This document shows positions 33,001 through 40,869 of a DNA stretch of 49,131 nucleotides, in pieces; positions within the stretch are counted from its first letter, which is position 1, and every line of letters starts with the position of its first letter. The translations under genes were made by a program, and so were the position numbers. Under the pieces are notes generated by a model. It saw only the letters and a program-made list of their open reading frames with translations, made no database searches and was not told the origin of the DNA. This DNA comes from a virus. The stretch covers positions 1 through 49,131 of the IMG/VR virus record IMGVR_UViG_3300007351_000017; one strand, written 5' to 3'.

Positions 33001-33043
33001 GGTTTGGGTTTTGGTTTGGGTTTGGGTTTTGACTTTGGTTTTC
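33001..33043. repeat. G/T-only microsatellite-like tract (TTTGGG/TTTTGG units)
   Basis: The tract reads ggtttgggttttggtttgggtttgggttttgactttggttttc. Confidence 0.7.
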
Positions 33044-33321
33044 TTAAAACCTCTGAGTTTTCGTTCGGCGCCGAGACGCCGCTATGGCGATGGTTTCCGT
33101 CGCACGGCGCCGAGTTCCCTTATGAGGCTACCATGTTCAGGATGAGCTACCGTTAAGCTGTGAGCTTCCTTCTTCGTAAACATGTGGGCGCCGCATGGCT
33201 GTGAGTTACCTATGGTCTCCCTTAAAAACGATTTTTCACATCGGCGAAATAATGCCCCGGCGTGGCTGAGTGTGTCGCCATGGCACAATACGGCGTTTCG
33301 TCGCAGCCTGTCGCTTTTCAC

Positions 33322-33350
33322 TTGACACGCTCCCTAGGGTATGATATGGT
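33322..33350 (+). promoter_or_regulatory. sigma70-like promoter for the rightward (terminase/morphogenesis) operon
   Basis: TTGACA (33322-27), 17 nt, TATGGT (33345-50). Confidence 0.45.
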
Positions 33351-33961
33351 GGGGGAAACGGCGAAGACGTGCCGGTATTTCATGGGGTGAAATAGTGGAG
33401 CAAATCGCTTTCGACTTTGATCATAATGTGAGCCGAACGATAATGCATTTTCATGCCTTAGGTAAGTCGCCGAAAGATATATCATCGGCGATTGGCTTAA
33501 GCGAAGCTTCTGTTAAGGCCACTATGGCTTCTCCGCTATATCAGTCGGAGCTAAAACGCCTTCAAGATCAGGCATCCCAACGCGTAGTGGAGGAGGCGGC
33601 AGACGCGGCTTCATTGCTTCAACGCGAAGCGGTGAAGTCCGTTAACGTGTTGCTGGAGCTGCGTGATTATGGGATGCAGGAAGGTGTACGGCGCCAATCG
33701 GCGGTTGATATCCTTGACCGCGCTGGGTATGGCAAGGTGGTTCGAGCTGAGCACATCCACACTGTTGTGATTCCGGCGGCCCAGATGCGCCGCCTCGACG
33801 AAACGTATGAGCTCGTTAAGTCCGCCCCGAGTGGGGCCTTTAGTCTTCCTTCGGCGTCGAACGGCGCTAGCCTAGCTGATCGTATCCCCAATAACTTGGG
33901 GCAATCTGAAGAGCGACAGCTCAAGCTGCCCTTCGGCGCCGAGGCGAAAGGTGCTCAATAA
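33341..33961 (+). CDS. terminase small subunit-like HTH protein
   Basis: HTH-like LGKSPKDISSAIGLSEASVKATM, directly upstream of the large terminase. If the promoter at 33322-33350 is real, the true start is downstream (for example GTG at 33395). Confidence 0.6.
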   Translation: MIWWGKRRRRAGISWGEIVEQIAFDFDHNVSRTIMHFHALGKSPKDISSAIGLSEASVKATMASPLYQSELKRLQDQASQRVVEEAADAASLLQREAVKSVNVLLELRDYGMQEGVRRQSAVDILDRAGYGKVVRAEHIHTVVIPAAQMRRLDETYELVKSAPSGAFSLPSASNGASLADRIPNNLGQSEERQLKLPFGAEAKGAQ

Positions 33962-35675
33962 CGCCGCTCAAATTCTCTGCGAGCAAGGCCAGGAGGCCCT
34001 GGGCGAAGCTGTCCGGGCGTTAACGCCGCGTGAGCGCGATGACTTTCGGCAGCGTGAACGAGCCCGATGCCGTAAGTCCCTTTTCTATCTTGCTCGAACG
34101 GTTCTTGGGTTTTCAAAGCTCACATCACATCTACATCTTCAGGTCTGCGACTTCGTCCAACGTCCGGTGCACCGACTTGATAGCGGAGAGTTGACTCGCC
34201 GTAAGGGCGTTATCCTACCACGGGGACATTTCAAATCTTCCTGCGTCACCCTATCTTACCCAATTTGGTTGGTGATCCAGCCTGACCTCGGCCGCGTTCC
34301 GGTGTCGTCGAGTTGGGATAATGACGAAGTCTCGCCTTTGTTCGGCGATCCCACGATGGACGAAGTGCCAGGCAAAGACCTTACGATGTTGATCGCTAAC
34401 GAAACGGCGACTGGCGCCGAACATTTCTTGAGCTGGATCGAGCAAGTATTCGAAGGCAATGAGTTCTTCCGCTTTTTGTTTTGGGAACTCTGTCCTCGTC
34501 CTGGCGTTAACGTGAAACGTTGGAACCAAAAGGAAATGCTTTTACCGGGCAGGGGGATCAACCGGCCTGAAGCCACAATTGAAACGATTGGGGTGGGCGG
34601 CGCTGCTCAAGGTCGCCATTACCGCATTCAAATCAAAGATGACCTCGTTGGAAAAAATGCGATGGAATCGCTGGAGGTAATGGCAAAAACCCGCGAGTGG
34701 GTTACGTACAGCGACTCAATCTTCGTCAACCCCACAACCGATATTGACTTGTTTGTCGGCACTCGGTGGGCCCGAGGGGACATCTACGATGATTACTTTA
34801 GAGATGGGCGCTATGCGGTTTTCACTCGGCGCGCTATTGAAGATGGTAGACCCCTCTTTCCTGAAGAGTTTTCCTTGGACTTTTTCAATCACATTGCCAA
34901 GCGGCGACCTTTCTATTTCCGATCTCAGTATCAAAACGACCCACGAGGCGAAGGCGCTATTGATCTCGATTCAGCACGTCTCCAAAGATATGAGCTTCGG
35001 CGAACCGAGAATGACGTCTCGTTCATTGTGCGAACTCCGAATCCAAACGGCGGCGCCGATCTCATAGAGCGCATCATGCTCGGCGGTTGCTTTGGTGCAA
35101 TGTCCCTCGATCCGTCACATTCGGAGAACCTCCGTACCGGCTCGCGGAAGGCGATTCTTGTTTGTGCAAGGGATTGGAAAGGCCGGACGTTTGTGATTGA
35201 TGGCTGGACAAGCCGCGGTTCGCATGACGAAATGTTTGACGCGGCGTTTAGGCTGTACGAGCGGTATGGGTTTACCCTTGGCATTGAAACCGTGGCGTTT
35301 CAGAAGTTCCTTTTGTGGGCGTTCAAAAAAGAGGAACGCCGTCGGCGCCAATGGATCTCCAAACGTGCTCTTTTAACATCGACCAAAAAGACAAAGGTTG
35401 AGCGCATTCGCTCTACGATTCAGAATGATTTGAATCTCGAGTTGCTGTATGTGCCTGAGTCTGGGATGTCACCGGATTTTCAGGACGTGATTCAAATCCT
35501 TCTTGAGTCAATGGATAACTTTCCGGAATCGCAGGATCTTGATGTGCTCGATTGTTTGGCGTATTGCTTGCAAATGCTGGCCTCCGGCGAACCGATGTCG
35601 GAGGAAGATGCGCGGAGTGCTGAAGAAGGCGAAACGCGGGAACATGAGCTGCGCTCCGCTTTAACGGGGTATTGA
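33951..35675 (+). CDS. terL: terminase large subunit
   Basis: GVILPRGHFKSS (P-loop variant typical of terminases), VGTRWARGDIYDDY, and a C-terminal RNaseH-like nuclease region (VLDCLAY). 574 aa. Confidence 0.8.
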   Translation: MLNNAAQILCEQGQEALGEAVRALTPRERDDFRQRERARCRKSLFYLARTVLGFSKLTSHLHLQVCDFVQRPVHRLDSGELTRRKGVILPRGHFKSSCVTLSYPIWLVIQPDLGRVPVSSSWDNDEVSPLFGDPTMDEVPGKDLTMLIANETATGAEHFLSWIEQVFEGNEFFRFLFWELCPRPGVNVKRWNQKEMLLPGRGINRPEATIETIGVGGAAQGRHYRIQIKDDLVGKNAMESLEVMAKTREWVTYSDSIFVNPTTDIDLFVGTRWARGDIYDDYFRDGRYAVFTRRAIEDGRPLFPEEFSLDFFNHIAKRRPFYFRSQYQNDPRGEGAIDLDSARLQRYELRRTENDVSFIVRTPNPNGGADLIERIMLGGCFGAMSLDPSHSENLRTGSRKAILVCARDWKGRTFVIDGWTSRGSHDEMFDAAFRLYERYGFTLGIETVAFQKFLLWAFKKEERRRRQWISKRALLTSTKKTKVERIRSTIQNDLNLELLYVPESGMSPDFQDVIQILLESMDNFPESQDLDVLDCLAYCLQMLASGEPMSEEDARSAEEGETREHELRSALTGY

Positions 35676-35676
35676 G

Positions 35677-36807
35677 ATGGACCCAGGTGCAGATCCAGGT
35701 GTTGGTGATATTGGGCCCTTAGGCGACGTTGGTTTGGGGATTGATCCGGGTATGGGGGTTGATCCTGGGACCTTGTCCGGGATTTTGTCCAGCTTGAGCT
35801 CGTCAGAATCTGAGTCGGAGTCTGAGACGGAGTCTACTACAGCGAACCCTGCTCACGAGTTTGCAATGATGCGCCCTGAGCGGGCGTTTCAAATAAATCA
35901 GCAGTTGAAGCTGGGAAACCTTGCAGCAGTACCTAGTAACATTTTGTCCTCGATAATGAATATGCCTTCAGTGAAAAGCGCGTATAGCGCGGCAAAGCTG
36001 GGTAAATCAGTTGTGTCTGGGATTCGCGGCGCAGCTGCGGGCTCGAAATCGTCGTTAAGTCCTATTGGCGTCGCGCAAGCCTTCTCCAATTTAGCCCCTT
36101 CGTTTGTTACGGCGCTAAAGCACACAATCAACCCGCCAACGAACCCGCATGAGGTTGCGGCGGCGGAGTTGCAGGCGGCGATTGCTGCGGATCGGTTTGG
36201 CAAAGCGGGGCTTAAGATGGCTCTTGGCTTTCCAGCTAGCCAAATGATGTCGATTGTGGAGGCGATGGATCAACCTCCGTTGACGCCGCAGGAAATAATG
36301 GATGTTCATGCAACGCGGCTTACGCCAGATAGAAATCCGGGCTTTACCTCAATGGGACCAAATGCACTGGGGCTCGGCGAAATGCTCGGCATTGTGGACA
36401 ACGATACGTTTAACGCAGCGGTTCAGGCGGAAGTTGACTCATTAACAGATCGGCTCGGCGAATTTGCACAGCAATTTTCGTCGAAAGATATTTTTAATCA
36501 AGCTTTTCAAACCACGGCGGCGCAGTTTAGCCTTCGCGGAAACCCAAATGTTTCCTTCAACACAATGGCATTGCCAACGCAGAATCGTACGGGGACGCTT
36601 GAAGGGGTAACTGATAATAAGGGCGCACCGCTCGGCGCTGGCGCCCAGGGCCCAGGGTCGCCGACGGACTTCATCAAGGCGTTTATTAAGAGCCGTAAGA
36701 CTGACGATGAAAGCGATTATGATGAATTGCTTGCGCAGCTTGGTCAGGCTGAACATCTTCGGCGCCCCGCGCCGCCATGGCTAAAGAATCCGTGGAGACT
36801 TAGATGA
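35677..36807 (+). CDS. hypothetical protein with a D/G/P-rich and Ser/Glu/Thr-rich N-terminus
   Basis: MDPGADPGVGDIGPLGDVGLGIDPGMGVDPG then LSSLSSSESESESETESTT; 376 aa. Confidence 0.6.
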   Translation: MDPGADPGVGDIGPLGDVGLGIDPGMGVDPGTLSGILSSLSSSESESESETESTTANPAHEFAMMRPERAFQINQQLKLGNLAAVPSNILSSIMNMPSVKSAYSAAKLGKSVVSGIRGAAAGSKSSLSPIGVAQAFSNLAPSFVTALKHTINPPTNPHEVAAAELQAAIAADRFGKAGLKMALGFPASQMMSIVEAMDQPPLTPQEIMDVHATRLTPDRNPGFTSMGPNALGLGEMLGIVDNDTFNAAVQAEVDSLTDRLGEFAQQFSSKDIFNQAFQTTAAQFSLRGNPNVSFNTMALPTQNRTGTLEGVTDNKGAPLGAGAQGPGSPTDFIKAFIKSRKTDDESDYDELLAQLGQAEHLRRPAPPWLKNPWRLR

Positions 36808-37817
36808 TTAATCAAATTAACGTCATAACGACTTCAATCGCCGGAACCGGCGGAGGCCGTCTTATAGCCTTGATCCTTAACACGCTTGCGTCAAGGGGAA
36901 TCTGGCCAAGGGTTTACCTTCAACTCCTACCAGATAAAGGAATGGCGTCACTCTTGCGTGTCGGGTATCAAAGCATTGATGACTTCGTCGATGATGGGGA
37001 GCCGGTGATTTGCTTCGACACAGGTGTCGGCGGTCGTGTAGGGGAGATCTTCTTAAACTGTCGGGGGCAAAAGATCTTTTACCTTGTTCTCTTGCATGAG
37101 GAATATGAGAAAGTCTTGACTTGTCCTGACGTGGTGAAGGTTGGGTACTCGAGCTTTCTTTGCCGTGCGGCGAACGGCGTTGGGTATTTCCCAGGGCCTA
37201 CGGACGTTTATAACTTCTTTCCCGATTCGGATCTTCCTCGGTCAAACTACGTTTTGTATTACATGAAAAAGGCGGGTTGGGTTGGAGTGAGCGCCGTAGA
37301 GATGATCTGCCAGGCAAAGCCTGGGATGATCCCTGCGACGCTTGGGATGGATGGGATGAATGAGCGGGTACTCGCTGAGGGTCATATCATTCGTCCAAAG
37401 ATGCCGATTATGGATGTCGGTGCTCCAGCACACAAGAAAGAGGCGCTTCGCCTTGCGTATCAGCGTGCACAGATGTACGTGGCCGCCGACTCAAACGGCG
37501 GTTGGGGGAATAGCCTTTGCCTTAGTGAAGCCATGCTTTGCAAATGTCCTGTGGTATCAACGGATACGCCGTGTTTTGCTGAATTTGTCATTCCGGAGGT
37601 AACGGCTCGAGCTGTACCACGGGATGCGGCGCCCGAGCTGCCACATGGCACATGGATGACTCGACCAGCGCCGGAGCATCTTAAGGCACGGGCGCTTGAG
37701 GTTTGGGATAACCCCGAGGAAACAAAGAAAATGGTTGAAGCGGCGTACACGCATGTTCGGCGGTTTGACGTTTGGGCGTGGTCCAAATGGTTTGGAGGTA
37801 TCCTTGGATCGCTTTGA
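36804..37817 (+). CDS. GT-B fold glycosyltransferase (family 1/4-like)
   Basis: C-terminal signature WGNSLCLSEAMLCKCPVVSTDTPCFAEFV resembles the GT1 E-x7-E / EAMA-G-PVV region. Confidence 0.55.
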   Translation: MINQINVITTSIAGTGGGRLIALILNTLASRGIWPRVYLQLLPDKGMASLLRVGYQSIDDFVDDGEPVICFDTGVGGRVGEIFLNCRGQKIFYLVLLHEEYEKVLTCPDVVKVGYSSFLCRAANGVGYFPGPTDVYNFFPDSDLPRSNYVLYYMKKAGWVGVSAVEMICQAKPGMIPATLGMDGMNERVLAEGHIIRPKMPIMDVGAPAHKKEALRLAYQRAQMYVAADSNGGWGNSLCLSEAMLCKCPVVSTDTPCFAEFVIPEVTARAVPRDAAPELPHGTWMTRPAPEHLKARALEVWDNPEETKKMVEAAYTHVRRFDVWAWSKWFGGILGSL

Positions 37818-39777
37818 TCCGGTGCTCGGCGCACTTGTGCAGGATCTCCGTGGGAATTGGGAGGGCACAAGTACCCTCAGCCCTAACGTAACCGGCACGG
37901 GTGCCCTGACGCCTGAGGCCGCGGAGCGGAACGCCGCCGTAGGCAAGATGTTGATGGAACTTGCCTTTGGCGCTTCGGCTGGCCCAGGCACGGTGGCCTC
38001 CGCGCAAGAGGCAGCTAAAGGCCAAGAGCAAATTCCCCAGCTTTTGTGGGGCGAAGCCGCAGGGGCGCCGAGGGAACTTGAAGGCTGGGAGAGGGGGCTC
38101 GCAGCCCTTGGGGGAATTCCCTTCTTGGGGATGCTTGCAAAGGGCGCCGGTCAAAGTGAGCGCTTTTTCTCCAAACTTGGGGGCTGGGCCAAAAAGCCGG
38201 GACGGTTCCCAAAGGAAGCGCCCGCTGAAGAGTTTAGTAATATCTTGATGAGTGGAGTCAAAAAGGGAGAGTTCAAACCGGAGGAGCTTGAATGGAACGC
38301 CGTTTCGGGGTTGCTGAAAGATCGCGTAGGGGAGAAGCTCACACGTGAAGATGTGATTGATGCGATTGACTTGGGTGGGGTTAAGGTGGAGGAGAAAGTG
38401 TATTCTTCGCGAGGGTACGAGGATAAGCAAAGGCTCTTAGAGGAGCAAGCTAACCTTCGAAATGAATTACGAGGACTGGAGTACCCACTCTTTAATGTTG
38501 GCCTGGGGCGCGCCGTCGTAGAACGCTTAACAGGAAGACCCTTACGCCCTGATGAAAGCCATATTGTGCGCCTTCGCGAATATGTGCATGAGCAGCGAGC
38601 ACAAGGGAATTCGTTTACCTTGGCCGATTATGGTCGGTACCGAGATCAGTATAGACGTGACCTCGAGGCTCGCGGCGAGAGCTATATTGATAATACTCGA
38701 GCGGAGGAAATTCGTACACGCCTAAGTGAAACTTATCAAGAGTTGGGTGAATTAGAACAGAACAAGACGCGTTGGTCCCAATATTCTCTTCCCGGCGATG
38801 AGCCTGGCTCGTATAGGGAATTGATTATGACGCTGGATCGCCCACCAGGCAAGAATAGGGAAGCAATGTTTGCTGAAGCTGATCGTATAAATGCAGAGAT
38901 TTCTGCTGTTGGGGGAGGTCGGACTTGGGACGATCTTACTGAGGCAGAGCGGCGTGAGGCTGATAGGTTGGTTGATGAAGCAGCACAAATACATGAAATT
39001 ATCCGCTATGAGGGGCAGGAGTCCTTCACACACGAAGGTCATTGGCCAAACGTGGAGAATCCCCTTCTTCATGTTCGATTCGGCGAACGCTATATTGATG
39101 GAAAACGCACGCTTTTCGTGCATGAAATGCAGAGTGATTGGCATCAGCAGGGTGCAAAAGCAGGTTACCAAGAGGCGAAGCCCTACGTACGCGGTATGGG
39201 GGAATGGCAAGAGGATATTCAACCTGTACCAAACGCTCCATTTAAGAAATCCTGGCCTGAGCTCGGCATGAAACGGATGCTGATCTGGGCGAAGGAAAAC
39301 GGGTATGAGCGGATTGCGTGGCCGGGGACGCCGGCGCAAATGGAACGAATTGAGGGCCATTCAAAAGAGGGCCTCCGGCGCTGGTACAACGAAGTTATGC
39401 CGAATACAATGAACAAGCTGATGAAGCCATATGGTGGAAAGGTGCAACGCACCAGCGGTGCGGATGCCGATAACCTCGAGACGATGAAGATTCGGCTCGC
39501 CCATTACTTCATGGAGCAGCACGGCGATTCCATTGAGGATGCTGCCCGGGGCATAAATGAGATGTCCCCTGGGGAGATCGAATTTCATTACACTCGAGCG
39601 GGGCTTGCGGCGCCGGAGAAAGGCCAGGTCAATTACATTGATTTGCCCGAGGCAACGCCGCGGTCTTGGCCGTTGTTTATTGGGGCGCCGATGATCGGCA
39701 TAGCGCAGCCACGAACTGCGGAGCAAGGCGAGTATGATCCTGCCCTTGGCGGTGTGCTTATTGGAGCATCTCAATAA
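37804..39777 (+). CDS. large hypothetical protein (657 aa), possible virion-associated/polyvalent-type protein
   Basis: TTG at 37804 lies 5 nt after GGAGG; the track start 37696 lies inside the GT gene. Conserved-looking block HEGHWPNVENPLLHVRF...LFVHEMQSDWHQQG; function unknown. Confidence 0.6.
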   Translation: MDRFDPVLGALVQDLRGNWEGTSTLSPNVTGTGALTPEAAERNAAVGKMLMELAFGASAGPGTVASAQEAAKGQEQIPQLLWGEAAGAPRELEGWERGLAALGGIPFLGMLAKGAGQSERFFSKLGGWAKKPGRFPKEAPAEEFSNILMSGVKKGEFKPEELEWNAVSGLLKDRVGEKLTREDVIDAIDLGGVKVEEKVYSSRGYEDKQRLLEEQANLRNELRGLEYPLFNVGLGRAVVERLTGRPLRPDESHIVRLREYVHEQRAQGNSFTLADYGRYRDQYRRDLEARGESYIDNTRAEEIRTRLSETYQELGELEQNKTRWSQYSLPGDEPGSYRELIMTLDRPPGKNREAMFAEADRINAEISAVGGGRTWDDLTEAERREADRLVDEAAQIHEIIRYEGQESFTHEGHWPNVENPLLHVRFGERYIDGKRTLFVHEMQSDWHQQGAKAGYQEAKPYVRGMGEWQEDIQPVPNAPFKKSWPELGMKRMLIWAKENGYERIAWPGTPAQMERIEGHSKEGLRRWYNEVMPNTMNKLMKPYGGKVQRTSGADADNLETMKIRLAHYFMEQHGDSIEDAARGINEMSPGEIEFHYTRAGLAAPEKGQVNYIDLPEATPRSWPLFIGAPMIGIAQPRTAEQGEYDPALGGVLIGASQ

Positions 39778-40295
39778 TGGGCTACTTTTACAAAGGTCCG
39801 CATACCTACGGCGATATCAAAGTGCTGGATTGTGGCGGTCCGTACAACGTCTATGCAGGAAAGTTCTGCTCAATCGCCGAAGGCGTTGAGGCATATTTGG
39901 ACTGCGATCATCGACCAGATTTCATTTCAACGTATCCCTTTTCCCAATGGGGTTTGCCCACGCCAGGGCATCCTTTTGGGAAAGGGGATATCACGATTGG
40001 GAATGATGTTTGGGTTGGGCGTAAGGCAACTTTGATGTCCGGCATTACGATTGGCAATGGCGCTGTTATTGGGGCGCATTCTGTTGTAACAAAGTTCGTT
40101 CCCGGGTACACCGTTGTAGCAGGGAGTCCAGCGAAAATTCGAAAGTATCGCTTTGACAACAATACAATCCTGTGGCTGCAAGAGCTTTGCTGGTGGGATT
40201 GGCCAGAGGAAATTATCGCTAGGGCTGCACCAATATTGATGTCCTCGGACATTGAGGCATTGCGGAGGTTTGTGCGTGACAATTTCATCGGGTGA
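39777..40295 (+). CDS. xenobiotic acetyltransferase (XAT) class hexapeptide-repeat acyltransferase (Vat/CatB-like)
   Basis: GKFCSIAEGV...CDHRPDFISTYPF...KGDITIGNDVWVGRKATLMSGITIGNGAVIGAHSVVTKFVPGYTVVAGSPAKIRKYRFDNNTILWLQELCWWDWP aligns by eye with Vat(D)/CatB along most of its length, including the catalytic-His context. Confidence 0.8.
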   Translation: MGYFYKGPHTYGDIKVLDCGGPYNVYAGKFCSIAEGVEAYLDCDHRPDFISTYPFSQWGLPTPGHPFGKGDITIGNDVWVGRKATLMSGITIGNGAVIGAHSVVTKFVPGYTVVAGSPAKIRKYRFDNNTILWLQELCWWDWPEEIIARAAPILMSSDIEALRRFVRDNFIG

Positions 40296-40357
40296 AATAG
40301 CACAAGATTTTCTTTATGAGTGCGCCGAGGTTTGTCGGCAACTCCTGGAGGTAGATC

Positions 40358-40510
40358 ATGCCGAGCAGATCCTCAAAACAACGGCGATTGATGGGCGCCG
40401 CCCTTGCAATCAAACGTGGCGAAGCGGAGCCCAAGGGCGAAGCTGGAAGACTTGCAGAGCAAATGAGCGAAAAGCAGCTTCGAGACTTCGCTGAGAAGGA
40501 GAAGAAATAA
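40358..40510 (+). CDS. DUF3008-like small protein
   Basis: GGAGG lies 7 nt upstream. MPSRSSKQRRLMGAALAIKRGE...MSEKQLRDFAEK matches the DUF3008 signature. It is below the track cutoff. Confidence 0.65.
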   Translation: MPSRSSKQRRLMGAALAIKRGEAEPKGEAGRLAEQMSEKQLRDFAEKEKK

Positions 40511-40869
40511 TGGGTGAGTTCTTCGGCGACGTTTCGAGTGGGATGGCACCGCAGGGTTGGGGGTATTTACTCGGCGAACTTGGGCGCGAAGCGATCTTTA
40601 GCGGCGTGAAATCGTTGTTTGGTGGCTCGACCCAGGCGCCAACTGCGTCAGCGCAGTTCCCTAACATTGCGACGGCGGGAAGCAAACGGGGGAATCCGGC
40701 GTATGAGGATGAGCTGCTTGCGAAGGTATTGATGCATATCCTTAAGCAAGCGAAGATGGGCCAAGCGCCGCAGCGCCGTATTACCTCGTTGAACGACCTT
40801 TCTCAAGGCATGGCGCCGCCGGATATGGGCCTTATGAACCTTGACGATATGATGAGGACTTTGCAATGA
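40510..40869 (+). CDS. hypothetical protein
   Basis: TAATG coupling upstream and ATGA coupling to the portal gene. Confidence 0.6.
   Translation: MGEFFGDVSSGMAPQGWGYLLGELGREAIFSGVKSLFGGSTQAPTASAQFPNIATAGSKRGNPAYEDELLAKVLMHILKQAKMGQAPQRRITSLNDLSQGMAPPDMGLMNLDDMMRTLQ

Noticed and set aside
33001-33043. G-quadruplex or true telomere repeat
   Set aside because: Only three GGG runs are present and the units are irregular. The circular or permuted genome needs no telomere. It is reported only as a compositional oddity.
33082-33321. 79-aa minus-strand ORF in the control region
   Set aside because: It has no RBS, an odd composition, and lies between divergent promoters pointing away from it.
37460-38430. 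Minus-strand ORFs 37460..37870, 37557..37991 and 37681..38430
   Set aside because: They are antisense to the GT1-like and 657-aa genes, with implausible composition and no translational signals.
40252-40494. Track ORF 40252..40494 (80 aa)
   Set aside because: It overlaps the XAT 3' end and is out of frame with the DUF3008-like ORF 40358..40510, which has a proper RBS and a recognisable family signature.
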